Assembly: GCA_963741915.1 (NCBI GenBank)
Contig: CAVUJW010000009.1
Span: 61,960-125,959, forward strand
Length of the DNA stretch: 64,000 nt
From: an uncultured Chloroflexia bacterium
Lineage (GTDB): Bacteria > Chloroflexota > Limnocylindria > Limnocylindrales > CSP1-4
Direction: 5' to 3'
Shown: piece after piece, positions 49,163 through 60,700 of the stretch
How positions within the stretch are numbered: the stretch's first letter is position 1
Layout of the letters: the number at the start of each line of letters is the position of its first letter
The notes under the pieces: generated by a model
The model's input: only the letters and a program-made list of their open reading frames with translations
What the model was told of the DNA's origin: nothing
The model's database searches: none
Translations under genes and position numbers: made by a program

Positions 49163-49250
49163 GGGCGAGTGGCGGAATGGCAGACGCGCCGGCCTTAGGA
49201 GCCGGTGTTCCGTGAGGAACGTGTCGGTTCGACCCCGACCTCGCCTACCA
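49163..49250 (+). tRNA. tRNA-Leu (anticodon TAG), type II with long variable arm, CCA encoded
   Basis: Manual cloverleaf: acceptor GGGCGAG/CTCGCCT (G1-U72), D-arm GCG-GAATGGCAGA-CGC, anticodon stem CCGGC/GCCGG with loop CTTAGGA, variable arm GTTCC-GTGA-GGAAC, T-arm GTCGG-TTCGACC-CCGAC, discriminator A, CCA. Confidence 0.85.
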
Positions 49251-49270
49251 CGAACGCGTCGCGCGACGCG

Positions 49271-49859
49271 TCAGGCGGCGCCCTCCGGGCCGTCGCCACC
49301 CGAGGCCTCGCGGGCGCGCCTCGCCCGCACCTTGTCGAGCTGGGCCTCGAAGCCCGGCCGGTCCGGCGAGAGCACCTGCTCCGCGAGCTGGCGGCCCACG
49401 CGCTGGGCGACGGGCTTGCCGACCAGCGCCAGCATCGCGGCGGTCACCCCGGCCAGGTCACGGTCCTTGCGCTCGGGCGCCTTCTCCTTGAGGTAGGCCG
49501 CGAACTCGCGTTCGATCGTGCCGCGGACCCGGGCACCGTCGGGGCCCAGCTTCTTGAGCGTCTTCTCGATCTCCTTGGGCAGCATCGACTTGGGCAGCGG
49601 ATCGGGCTTGCCGAAGATGGCGTTGCGGGCGCCCCGGAGCACCTTGGCCGGGCCCCCCAGCAGCAGGAAGCCGGCACCGGCCGCCGCGCCGGCCGTCCGG
49701 ACGGGGTTGCGCCGGATCTTGGCGCGGATGTCGACCGCCGCCCGGGCCGCGGCCTCGAGGCGCTCGAGCTCGTCGTCCAGGGCCGTGCGGGATGCCCGGG
49801 CCTCCGCGCGTGCCGCGATGACCTCGGGCCGGGTGGCCAGGACCTCCATGTCGGGGGTC
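49271..49859 (-). CDS. DUF3618-like coiled-coil protein (hypothetical)
   Basis: MTPDMEVLATRPEVIAARAEARASRTALDDELERLEAAARAAVD...GAGFLLLGGPAKVL. The start overlaps the upstream ORF stop (ATGA). Confidence 0.4.
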
Positions 49860-50640
49860 ATGACCGGGGCCCGAAGGGGATCCGCGCCTTCGCCCATTCG
49901 ATCGTCTCCTTCGTGGTGTCGATCGTCGCCTGCGGCCAGAATCGCGCCTTGAGGGCCTCGCCGTCGATGCCCTGGCGGGCCACGCGCGCGCCCATCAGCA
50001 CCGGCCAGGAGGCCAGTCCGACCGCGACCCCCACGGCGACCCCGGCCCGCCACCCGAACGAGATCGCGGAGAACGCGCCGACGGGCGCCCCGAGGAGCAG
50101 CCCGACGATGGTCCCGGCGATCACCGCCGCGACGCTGCCCACCGCCACACCCGCCAGGAAGCCGAGGATCGCTCCCGCCGCCGCGACCACGAGGACACCC
50201 GTCAGGAGCGGGCGCCAGGCCGGGTCGCCGAGGTTGGCGGCATCGCCGATCTGCCGCCACGCCTGGTTGGGGAGGCTCGGTCCCAGGAGGACCGCGATGA
50301 CGATGCCGATCAGGATCGCCACCAGCAGGTCCACCGCGAGGCCGCGCACCCGAACCACGATCAGGGCAAGCAGGATGACGACCGCGAGGATCAGCTCGGT
50401 CCCGTGCAGCAGGCCCCAGCCGATCGAGCCGAAGATCCACTCCCCGGCGAACAGGATCGTGCCGATCGGGAGCAGGAACGCCAGCAGGATCAGCAGCGCG
50501 ATGGCGACCCCGGCCAGCGCCGCCGCGCGGGCGACCTCGCCCTTGATCGCGTCGGCCTCGGCCCGACCCAGCGCGACGTGGGCGCGAGCCATCCGCAGGA
50601 TGGCCTCGCGGGTGGTCCCGAGCTGGTCGCGCAGGCCCTT
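49858..50640 (-). CDS. Holin-X / Phage_holin_3_6-like membrane protein, possibly two fused ORFs
   Basis: RMARAHVALGRAEADAIKGEVARAAALAGVAIALLILLAFLLPIGTILFAGEWIF matches the actinobacterial putative holin family. An additional C-terminal multi-TM region has no intervening stop. Confidence 0.45.
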   Translation of the reverse strand, partial: KGLRDQLGTTREAILRMARAHVALGRAEADAIKGEVARAAALAGVAIALLILLAFLLPIGTILFAGEWIFGSIGWGLLHGTELILAVVILLALIVVRVRGLAVDLLVAILIGIVIAVLLGPSLPNQAWRQIGDAANLGDPAWRPLLTGVLVVAAAGAILGFLAGVAVGSVAAVIAGTIVGLLLGAPVGAFSAISFGWRAGVAVGVAVGLASWPVLMGARVARQGIDGEALKARFWPQATIDTTKETIEWAKARIPFGPRS

Positions 50641-50835
50641 CGGCGGCCGCGGGGCGCCATCGGACGGCGGCCCGGGATCCTGGCGCACGGGTTCGGATGC
50701 AGTCCGATCGGGGTCCAGCGGTCGTCCTCCGGGAAACGGGTGGGCAGCTCGTCGGGGGGTGGGCGAATCATACCAGCGCCGACCGAGGGCCCGGCCGGCG
50801 GCCGACCGTGGGCCGGCCGGAGTACGCTCCCGATC

Positions 50836-52098
50836 ATGCACGACGTCCCCTCCTCCTCCTCCCCGTCGCGTGCCGTGCTGAGCGCGGAGCTGCTCGCGAT
50901 CGGCACCGAGCTGACGGTCGGCGAGACCGTCGACACCAACAGTGGCGAGCTGGCCCGGTCGCTGGGTGCCCACGGGGTGACCGTGACCCGGATCGCCGAT
51001 CTCCCCGACGACCAGGCGGTGGTCGTGGAGGCATTACGGACGGCGCTGTCGCGCGCCGATCTCGTGGTCACCACCGGCGGCCTCGGCCCCACGCCCGACG
51101 ACCTGACCCGGGAGGCCGTCGCCGAGGTGTGCGGCGAGCAGGTCACCGTGGACGCCGCCACGCTCGCCTGGCTGCGGGAGCTATGGCGCCGGCGCCGCCA
51201 GCCGTTTCCGGAGGCCAACGTCAAGCAGGCGTGGACGATCCCCTCGGCCACCGGCCTGCCCAATCCCAACGGCACCGCCCCGGGCTGGTGGGTCGACCGG
51301 CCCGACGGCCGGGTGATCGTGCTGCTGCCCGGCCCGCCGCGCGAGATGCGACCCGATGTGGGCCGACGAGGTCCTGCCCCGGCTGGCCGCGCGCGGCGTG
51401 GGATCGGACAGCGAGGTGCGCACGCTACGGTTGACCGGGATCGGCGAGTCGCAGGTCGTCGGAACGGCTGGGCGATGCGCTGCTGCGGGCGCGGAACCCG
51501 GTGGTCGCCACCTACGCCCGACACGAGGCGGTCGACGTCCGGATCTCGGCGCGCGCCGCCGACGGGCACACGGCAGCCGACCTGGCCGACGCCGCCGAGG
51601 CCGCCGTGCTGGCCGCCCTCCGCGACCATGTCTGGGCCCGCGGCGAGACGACCTGGGCAGCAGCGCTCGAGGACGCGCTCGGCGCGCGGGGCTGGACGCT
51701 GGCGACGTCCGGAGCGCGGCACCCGGGGTGCCTTGGTCTCGCTGCTCCGCGGGCTCCCGGCGATCGCGCCTGGCCGAGGTCGTGGATCGAGCCTGGCGGT
51801 CCGTCGTCGGACGGACCAGGCAAGCCCGATGGCGTGTCCGAGGCCGACCGGGTGCGCCGGGCGGCGGGTGCCGACGTGGGCCTTGCCATCCGGGTCGATC
51901 CCGCGCACGGCGACCTCGCGGTCCGGGTGGCGGTGGCGACGCCCGAGGGGTTCGCACGAGGAGCGCCGGATCGCGTTCATGCGCGGCAACCAGGGCGCCG
52001 ACCGGGCCGCGATCGCGGCCGCCTCGGTGCTGCTGGCGGTCGTCCGCGGCGCGGCCGGCGCCGGCCGCGCAGCGCGGAAGGACGCCGCCGCCCGATGA
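50836..52098 (+). CDS. cinA: CinA-family competence/damage-inducible protein (MoCF-biosynthesis-like N-domain plus CinA C-domain), multiple frameshifts
   Basis: LLAIGTELTVGETVDTNSGELARSLGAHGVTV...DLVVTTGGLGPTPDDLTREAVAEV...VIVLLPGPPREMRP, and C-terminal GALVSLLRGLPA / IAAASVLLAVVRG pieces. Confidence 0.75.
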   Translation: MHDVPSSSSPSRAVLSAELLAIGTELTVGETVDTNSGELARSLGAHGVTVTRIADLPDDQAVVVEALRTALSRADLVVTTGGLGPTPDDLTREAVAEVCGEQVTVDAATLAWLRELWRRRRQPFPEANVKQAWTIPSATGLPNPNGTAPGWWVDRPDGRVIVLLPGPPREMRPDVGRRGPAPAGRARRGIGQRGAHATVDRDRRVAGRRNGWAMRCCGRGTRWSPPTPDTRRSTSGSRRAPPTGTRQPTWPTPPRPPCWPPSATMSGPAARRPGQQRSRTRSARGAGRWRRPERGTRGALVSLLRGLPAIAPGRGRGSSLAVRRRTDQASPMACPRPTGCAGRRVPTWALPSGSIPRTATSRSGWRWRRPRGSHEERRIAFMRGNQGADRAAIAAASVLLAVVRGAAGAGRAARKDAAAR

Positions 52099-52099
52099 C

Positions 52100-52763
52100 C
52101 TAGCGCCGGGCGGCCCGCTGGAGCGCCGGCAGGTCCACGATCACGATCGCGTCGCGCTCGAGGCGGATCAGGCCGTCGTCGATCAGCCAGCCCAGCAGCT
52201 TGTTCACGCTCTGGCGGGTGCTGCCGACCATCGCCGCCAGCTCGCCCTGCGTGATGCGGCCCATCGAGCCGGAGCTCGCCCCCGGCCTGCGACCGACCCT
52301 GGTCCTCGGCCAGGCGCGCGAGACGCGACGCCGAGCCGGCCGGCGATGTCGAGGAAGTGCAGCTCCTCAACGTGATTGGTCAGCCGCCGCAGCTCACGGG
52401 CCAGCTCGGCCAGCACGTGGTCCCGGATCGCCGGCACCTCGTCGACAAGCTGGCTGGAACCGCGCCCGGGGCAGGATGAGCGTCTCGGTCGGCTCGACCG
52501 CGGTGGCCGAGGCGGAGCGCGGCGCGCCGTCCAGCAGCGCCAGCGCGCCGAAGAACTCCTCGGGCCGCAGCGTGGCCAGGATGGCCTCGACCCCGGTCTC
52601 GCTGGGGCTCGAGATCTTCACCCGGCCCGAAAGGATGATGTGCAGCGCATCGCCCGGGTCGCCCTGGTGGAAGATCACCTCGCCCCGCCGGTAGCGCCGG
52701 GTGCGAACGGTCGACGCCAGCGTGGCCAGGTCCTCCGCGCCCAGGTCGCGGAACAGGGGCATC
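52100..52763 (-). CDS. Crp/Fnr family transcriptional regulator, one frameshift
   Basis: cNMP-binding-like N-domain ([29 protein letters not shown]). C-terminal HTH ([26 protein letters not shown]). Confidence 0.75.
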
Positions 52764-52856
52764 GCCTCGAGCGCCGCGCGCAGCGCGGCGGGCTCGGCCG
52801 GCCGGTGGGTCTGGCTCACGACGGCGGCCCGTCCCGGTCGGTCGGCTGGGCGCGGC

Positions 52857-53934
52857 TCAGGAGATGGACAGCACGGGCGTCTGGGCACTGGCGGCGCGGA
52901 TGCTCATGCGCGCCGCGACCTGGCCGGCCATCGCCTCCAGGGCCACGGCCGCCGGGCCCGGCTCGCGCTGGGCGACCGCGGGGATCCCGGCGTCGCCACC
53001 CTGGCGGACGGTCACGTCGAGCGGGATCTTGCCCAGGAAGTCGAGCCCGTGCTGCTGCGCGAAGCGCTCGCCGCCCCCGCGCCCGAAGATCTCGGTCGTC
53101 TCGCCACAGTGGGGGCAAACGAAGGCGCTCATGTTCTCCACGACCCCAACCACGGGCACGTTCAGCCGCTGGAGCATCGCCAGGGCCTTGGCGACGTCCG
53201 AGAGCGCCACGTCCTGGGGCGTCGTGACGAGCACGGTGCCGCTGATCGGCACGGCCTGGGCCAGCGTCAGCTGGGCGTCCGAGGTGCCCGGCGGCAGGTC
53301 CACGACCAGGTAGTCCAGCTCGCCCCACTCGACGTCGCGCAGGAACTGCTGGATCGCGCCCCCGATGAGCGGCCCGCGCCACACGATCGGCTGGCCCTCG
53401 GGCACGAAGAACTGGATCGAGATGACCTTCACCCCGTGGCGCTCGAGGGGCATGATCCGGTTGCTCTCGCTCGCGGTCGGCGTGCCCTCCACGCCCAGCA
53501 TCATCGGGATGTTGGGGCCGGTGATGTCGGCGTCGAGCAGGCCCACGCTCGCGCCGGCGCGGGCGAGCGCCACGGCGAGGTTGACGCTGACCGTGCTCTT
53601 GCCCACGCCGCCCTTGCCGGAGGCCACCGCGATCACGTTCTTGACGCCCGGCAGGAGCTGCTCGGCCGTTCGCGGCGACGCGCGCCGGACGATGGCGCCC
53701 CAGGAGATGTCCACCTCGGCCACGCCCATCGGGGTCAGCACCCGCCGCACCTCGGCCTCGATCTGGTCCTTGAGCGGGCAGGCGGGCGTCGTGAGCTCGA
53801 TCGTGAATGCCACCCGGGTGCCGTCGATGACAAGGTCGCGGACCATGTTGCGGGTGACCAGGTCGCCGCCCAGCTCGGGCTCCTGGACGGTGCGAAGGGC
53901 GTCGAGGACGGCGGCCTCGGTGATGGCGCTCATC
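52857..53934 (-). CDS. apbC: Fe-S cluster carrier protein Mrp/ApbC (MIP18/DUF59 N-domain plus ParA-type ATPase)
   Basis: Intact. Deviant Walker [13 protein letters not shown] and the CPHCG motif. Confidence 0.9.
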
Positions 53935-54304
53935 GGGCTGTGCCTTGCTCCTGTTCGATGCGGGTCCCGGCAGGTTTCCGTCGGACCGGCCGCCGATATC
54001 GTACCCGCGATCAGCGGCGAGCCTTCCGACCGCGGGTCGCCGGCCGGGGCGGAACGCCGGAGGATGCCCGCTCGGGGAGGCCCGCATCGCCTCGAGACGT
54101 GCGAATCGGATCGCTGCCCCGCGCCCTCGCCACGAATCTCGCAACGACCGTCCCGCAAACCGCGCGGGATCGTCAAGTTGACACCCCCGACTTGACGCGC
54201 CTATCGTTCGAGACCCGAAGGGGCGTCGACGTGCAGCGTCCGCACGGCCGCGGGTCATTCATCCTCCCGCAGCCCCCCGAGTCGCATTCGAGGAGCGAAC
54301 CTCA

Positions 54305-55465
54305 CGTGCACGATGTCGACGTCCGACTGATCCAGGTCACCAAGGCCTTCGGCGACGTCCTGGCGGTCGATCACATCGACCTCGACGTCGAGGACGGCGA
54401 GTTCTTCAGCCTGCTGGGCCCGTCGGGCTGCGGCAAGACCACCACGCTGCGCATGATCGGCGGCTTCGAGCAGCCGACCGGCGGTCTGATCGAGCTCCAG
54501 GGCACAGGACGTCACCTGGCTGCCGCCGTACCAGCGCAACGTCAACACGGTGTTCCAGAACTACGCGCTGTTCCCCCACCTGACGATCTTCGAGAACGTC
54601 GCGTTCGGCCTCCGTCGCAGGAAGGTCAGCGAATTCGGAGATCAGGACGCGCGTGAGCGAGATGCTCCAGCTGGTCGAGCTGCCCGGCTACGAGCGCCGG
54701 AAGCCCAACCAGATCTCCGGCGGCCAGGCGCAGCGGGTGGCGCTCGCCCGCGCCCTGATCAACCGGCCGGCCGTCCTCCTGCTCGACGAGCCGCTGGGCG
54801 CGCTCGACCTCAAGCTGCGCAAGCAGATGCAGGTCGAGCTCAAGCGCATCCAGCAGGAGGTCGGGATCACGTTCATCTACGTGACCCACGACCAGGAGGA
54901 GGCGATGACGATGTCCGATCGGATCGCCGTCATGAACCGCGGTCACTACGAGCAGCTGGGTGATCCGGAGAGCCTGTACGAGCACCCGTCGACGCGTTTC
55001 GTTGCCGGCTTCCTGGGCGTGAGCAACCTGTTGCCCGGGCGGTTGGCGGGTGGCGACGGGGCGTACCGGGTGGTGCGGCTCGCCGACGACAGCGCCGTGC
55101 GGGTGCCCGCCGCGCTGACCAACGGCCGGGAGGCGGTCGAGATCGGGGTCCGCCCCGAGAAGATCCGCCTGACGGCCGCCGGCGAACGGGTGGCCGACGG
55201 CCTCAATCGCCTCTCAGGCACGATCGCGGACGCCTCCTACCTGGGCGTGAGCACCCAGTACCAGATCCGGACCGATGCCGGTCAGACCATCACGGTGTAC
55301 GAGCAGAACGTCGAGCGGACCCTCCACGGGTCCCTCCATCGCCGGGGCGAGCAGGTCCACGTGACCTGGGCGCCCGACCACACCTTCGTCGTCGCAATCG
55401 GGGGCGATGACCCAGACCCCGCGCCGGGTGACGACGCGGCCGTTCCCATCGGAGGAGCTCGATGA
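54305..55465 (+). CDS. potA: Spermidine/putrescine ABC transporter ATP-binding protein, frameshifts near 54500 and 54640
   Basis: Walker [15 protein letters not shown], signature [15 protein letters not shown], Walker [17 protein letters not shown]-domain. Confidence 0.85.
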
Positions 55466-56706
55466 GCGAACAGACGCACTCCATCGCCCCGTCACCGGTC
55501 ACGCGCCGGCGATTCCTGCAGGGCGCAGGCCTCGCGGGGGTGGGCGCATTCCTGGCCGCGTGCGGCACCGGCGGCACCGGCACCACGGCCCCCTCCTCGG
55601 CGCCGCCGACCACGGCTCCGGCGTCGTCCGCCCCGAGCAGCGCCACGCCCGTCCCCTCGCCCACCGAGCAGCCCACCGCCTCCGACGTCCTCAACTTCGC
55701 CAACTGGCCGCTGTACATCGACACCGACGACAACGACCCCACCAAGCACGCAAGCCTCGAGGAGTTCACGGCGCAGTACGGCACCAAGGTCAACTACTCC
55801 GAGGTGATCAACGACAACGAGGAGTTCTTCGGCACGATCAAGGCGCCGCTCGAGGCCGGCCAGGACACGGGCTGGGACCTGATCACGCTGACCCAGTGGA
55901 TGGCCGCCCGGCTCGTTCGCCTGGGCTGGCTCGAGGAGTTCGACAAGTCGGTCATCCCGAACTATGTCAACAACCTCGAGGATGCCTACGTCGGCCCGGA
56001 CTTCGACCCGGACAACAAGTACCACGCCCCGTGGCAGGCCGGCATGACCGGCCTGGGCTACGACAAGAAGGTCACCGGCGAGCTGACCACCATGGCGACC
56101 CTCTGGGACCCGAAGTGGAAGGGCAAGATCACCTACCTGACGGAGATGCGCGACTCGGTCGGCCTCACCCTGCTCAAGCTCGGCGACGACCCGGGGACGG
56201 TCACCGACGGCCAGTTCGCGGACGCGATCGCGGAGATGCAGAAGGCGCGTCGACGCGGGGATCGTCCGCCAGTTCACGGGCAACGAGTACGCCGAGAGCC
56301 TCGTCTCGGGGGACGTCGTGCTCGCGATGGCCTGGTCGGGCGACATCATCCAGAAGCAGCTGGCGACGGCCAAGCCTCGAGTTCACCGTGCCCGACCGAG
56401 GGCGGGATGCTGTGGTACGACAACCTGCTGATCCCCAAGGGGGCCGCCGCACAAGTACACGGCCGAGCTGTACATCAACTTCTACTACCAGCCGAAGATC
56501 GCGGCCGAGGTCGAGGCCTGGGTGAACTACATCTGCCCGGTCAAGGGCGCCAAGGACGAGATGCTCAAGATCGACAAGTCGCTCGCCAACAACCCGCTGA
56601 TCTTCCCGACGGCCGACGTGACGGCGCGGCTCAAGCAGTTCCGCTCGCTGACCGAGGCCGAGGAGTCGAGCTACAACGACCAGTTCTCGCAGCTGATCGG
56701 CGTCTG
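55462..56706 (+). CDS. potD: Spermidine/putrescine-binding periplasmic protein with Tat signal, about 3 frameshifts
   Basis: [20 protein letters not shown] is a Tat/lipobox-like leader. PotD-like body ([10 protein letters not shown]..., [13 protein letters not shown]). Confidence 0.8.
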
Positions 56707-56740
56707 ACCGATCCGCACCGGCGCGCGAGGGCGACCGGCG

Positions 56741-57762
56741 ATGGGTGTCCTGATCCAGCGATACAGCAGGGCGATCCCGTATCTGCTGCTGGCGCCCGGG
56801 CATCCTGTGGCTGCTGGTCTTCTACGCCTACCCGGCGCTCCAGATCTTCATCGCCTCGTTCTGGTCCGGGACGCTCGAGACGGGCTTCACGTTCTCGTTC
56901 TCGAACTGGACCACCTACACGGCCGCGCTTGACCGCTACCAGGAGCAGTTCCTGCGCTCGATCGTGTACGCGGGCTCGGCGACGATCCTCACGTTCCTGA
57001 TCGCCTATCCGCTTGCGTACACGATCGCGTTCCGGGGCGGCCGGTACAAGAACGTGCTGCTGTTCCTGGTCGTCGCGCCGTTCTTCACCAGCTTCCTGCT
57101 GCGCACGGTCAGCTGGAAGATCATCCTCGGTGACACGGGGATCCTGTCGGCCCGCTCAAGGACTTCGGCCTGCTGCCGGCAGCGACTTCCGGCTGCTGGC
57201 CACCCCGGTTGCGGTGATCTCCGGCATCACCTACAACTTCCTGCCGTTCATGACGCTGCCGATCTACGTCTCGCTGGAGAAGATCGACCGGCGGCTGGTC
57301 GAGGCCGCCCAGGACCTGTACGCGGGGCCGTGGCGGCCGGGTGGGACGATCGCCGGCGCGCTCGTGGGCGGGGGGCTGCTGGCGGTGCTCGGCCTGGGCC
57401 TTCAACTGGGCCTACCTGCCGATGGCCGCCGGCGGCGCTGGCGGCGGGTGCTGTCGTGGGCACGCTGTTCGTGTCGCAGTCGTTCCTGCGGGTGACGCTG
57501 CCGCTGTCGCTGCCCGGGGTGTTCGCCGGCTCGCTGCTGGTCATGATCCCGGCCATGGGCGACTACGTGAACGCGGCGCTGCTGGGCAACCCGAGCACGA
57601 ACATGATCGGCAACGTGATCCAGAGCCGGTTCCTGACCAACGCCGACTATCCGACCGCGTCGGCGCTCAGCTTCATGCTGATGGACGCTGATCCTGGTGG
57701 CCGTCGCGGTCTACGGCCGGCTGCTGGGCACCGAGAACCTGACCACGGGCCGAGGGCTGTGA
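56741..57762 (+). CDS. potB: Spermidine/putrescine ABC permease, frameshifts
   Basis: EAA-loop region LEKIDRRLVEAAQDLYAGPW and multiple TM segments. Confidence 0.75.
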
Positions 57763-57837
57763 GCCGGTGAGCGCACGACCGCGGTGACCCGGCCGCCGCC
57801 CCCCGCGCCCCGTCGGCGCTCGCCCGGCGCGGGCGAT

Positions 57838-58633
57838 GGTCACGAGTACCGCGCCGTTCGTGTACGTGTTCGCCGCGATCGGCTACCTGATGCTGCCGGT
57901 CGCCGTCATCGCGATGTTCAGCTTCAACGACCCGGTCGGCCGGAGCAATCTCGTGTGGCGCGGGTTCACGCTCAGGTTACTGGCTCGATCCGTTCGGCGT
58001 GCCCGGTCTGGGCGATGCCGTCATGGTCAGCCTCCAGATCGCGTTCGCTTCGACGTTCATCGCGACCGCCCTGGGGACCCTGATCTCGCTGGCCCTGGTC
58101 CGCTACCGGTTCCGCGGACGCGGCCCGATCGACGCGATGATCTTCCTGCCCATGGCGACGCCCGAGATCGTGATGGGCGCGTCGCTGCTCACACTGTTCG
58201 TGGCGATCGCCCAGCCGCCGTTCTTCCCGCTCAACTTCGCTCACGATCCTGATCGCCCACATCATGTTCAACATCAGCTTCGTGGTGGTTACCGTGCGCG
58301 CCCGCCTGGCCGGCCTCGACCGCAACCTCGAGGAGGCGGCGATGGACCTCGGCGCCAACGAATGGATGACCTTCTGGCGGGTGACCTTCCCGCTGATCCT
58401 GCCCGGCATCGTCGCCGCCGCGCTGCTCGCGTTCAGCCTCTCGATCGACGACTTCGTGATCACCAACTTCACGGCCGGGCGCACGGTGACGTTCCCGATG
58501 TTCATCTGGGGCTCGGCACGGATCGGCGTCCCCGTCCAGGTCAACGTCATCGGCACCCTGATCTTCGTGATCGGCGGTCGCTTCGTGGCCTGCTCAGCGT
58601 CGTGTTCCAGCGGCGCCGCCAGCGGCGCCTGAT
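57838..58633 (+). CDS. potC: Spermidine/putrescine ABC permease, frameshifts; 3' end approximate
   Basis: LDRNLEEAAMDLGANEWMTFWRVTFPLILPGIVAAALLAFSLSIDDFVIT. Confidence 0.75.
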
Positions 58634-58667
58634 CGCCGGTCCGGCCCGATCCAGCAGGAGTCCCGCG

Positions 58668-59997
58668 CATGGTCGACACGCGGTCCACCGCCGCGTCCCC
58701 TCCCCGATCGTGCGGTCGTGCCGCCGGTCTGGAGCCGGATCACCAACCTCGTCGTCGATCGCGGCGAGGGGTCGTGGCTGGTGACGACCGACGGGCAGCG
58801 GTACCTCGACTACACCTCGGGCATCGGGGTCACCAACACCGGCCATGCCCACCCGCGCGTCGTCGCGGCCGTCCAGGCGCAGGCGGCGAAGCTGCTCCAC
58901 GGCCAGCAGAACATCGTCTACCACGAGCCCGGGCTGCGCCTGTACGAGCGGCTGGCGCGGCTGCTGCCGGGCGGCCCCTGGGCTGCGTTCCTGTCCAACT
59001 CCGGCGCCGAGGCCGTCGAGGCCGCGGTCAAGCTGGCCCGGGTCGCGACGGGACGACCGGCGATCGTCGCGTTCCGCTACGGCTTCCACGGCCGGACCGC
59101 CCAGGCCATGGCGCTCACCGCGGCCAAGGACGTCTACCGCGGGCGCATTCGAGCCGCTGGCCGGGCTCCGTGTACCACGCCGCCTACCCGTACTGCTACC
59201 GGGCGCTCCGGGGGCGCGCACGACCCGTCCGCAGTGCACCTGCGACTGGGAGGTCGCAGCTGGACCTGCTGTTCCACCAGCTCGTCTATCCCGACCGGGT
59301 GGCCGGGATCATCGTCGAGCCGGTGATCGGCGAGGGCGGCTACATCGTGCCCGCCGCCGGGGTTCCTGCCGCGGCTGCGCGAGATCACGCGCCGAGCACG
59401 GGATCCTGCTCATCGCGGACGAGGTCCAGACGGGGTTCGGGCGGACCGGTGAGCTGTTCGCGGTCCGCCACTGGGACGTCGAGCCGGACATCCTGGTCAT
59501 GGCCAAGGGGATCGCGTCGGGGCTGCCGCTGTCGGGGATCCTCGCCCGGCACGGAGCTCATGGACCGGCTGCCGCCGGGATCGCACGGCGGCACGTACGG
59601 CGGCAACGTCGTCGCCTGCGCGGCGGCGCTGGCAACGCTCGACGTGATCGAGGACGAGGGCCTGGTCGCCAACGCCCGCGCCCGCGGCGCGCAGCTGCTC
59701 GACGGCCTGCGGCGGCGGCCGCGGGCCGGCCGCGCCGTGGGCGACGTCCGCGGCCTGGGCCTGATGGTCGCGCTCGAGCTCGTGCGGCCCGGCGAGGGTG
59801 ACGGCACGGGTGCCGGATCCCGCGCTGACCAGGCGGATCCAGGCGAGGCGTGCTTCGATCGCGTGCCTGCTGGTCCTGACCGCCGGCACGTACGTCAACG
59901 TGATCCGGATCATCCCGCCCCTGGTGACCACGGCCGATCGGAGGTCGAACAGGCCCTCGGAATCGTGGCCGAGGCACTGGACGCCGCCGGCGCCTGA
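58668..59997 (+). CDS. Class III pyridoxal-phosphate aminotransferase (GabT / putrescine aminotransferase-like), frameshifts
   Basis: [40 protein letters not shown], and the PLP-Lys region [14 protein letters not shown]. Confidence 0.8.
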
Positions 59998-60013
59998 GGC
60001 GGACGATCCGGGA

Positions 60014-60700
60014 GTGAGCGAGGGCGACCGGTCCCGACCCGGCAGCGCCGCCGACCCGGAGGCGGCGGCGCGGGCGCGCGTCGAGGGCCTGTTCGCCGCG
60101 TTCGACCGGCTCACGCCCGACGAGCTGGCCCGGATCGGGCTCCGGCGCGGCGACGAGGCCGACCGCGAGGCGCTCCTGTCCGCGGTGGGCTCGGCGGCCG
60201 CCGCCACCGATCGCGAGCGTCTCATCGTCGAGGCACGGGACGGGGCCCGGGAGGCGGTCCTGCGGCGCTACGCGGAGGGGACGCTCCACCCGACCTGGCT
60301 CGCGCTCAACTGGGGTCTCTCGCAGGGGACCGTCGAGGACCGGGTCGCGATCGTGGAGGCGCTGGCTGACGCGGCGGCAGCCGCGGTCGTCGCGGACGTC
60401 CTCGATCCGGAGGTGGCAGCGGCGCTGTCGCTGGACGCGGAGCAGGTCGTGGGCCTCGCCGCGGGCTCCGCATCGGACGGGGCATTGGCCCGGGCGCTCC
60501 AGCAACCGCTCGACCCGGAGCTGGGGCGGTCCCCGGCTCGGCGCCGGGCGTTCCTGCTGCTGCCGCTGGCCGCCGTGGTCCTCGGGGCGTTGGGGGCCGG
60601 AACCGCCCCCGGGCTGCTCGCCTTCGGGCTCGTCCTCCTGATCGCGGGCGCCATCGCGGTCGCCGCCGGTCGGCGGTCGCGCCCGCCCGCCCGCGGGTGA
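60014..60700 (+). CDS. Hypothetical protein with C-terminal TM anchor
   Basis: ORF with C-terminal hydrophobic stretch LLLPLAAVVLGALGAGTAPGLLAFGLVLLIAGAIAVAAG. GTG start. Confidence 0.35.
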   Translation: MSEGDRSRPGSAADPEAAARARVEGLFAAFDRLTPDELARIGLRRGDEADREALLSAVGSAAAATDRERLIVEARDGAREAVLRRYAEGTLHPTWLALNWGLSQGTVEDRVAIVEALADAAAAAVVADVLDPEVAAALSLDAEQVVGLAAGSASDGALARALQQPLDPELGRSPARRRAFLLLPLAAVVLGALGAGTAPGLLAFGLVLLIAGAIAVAAGRRSRPPARG

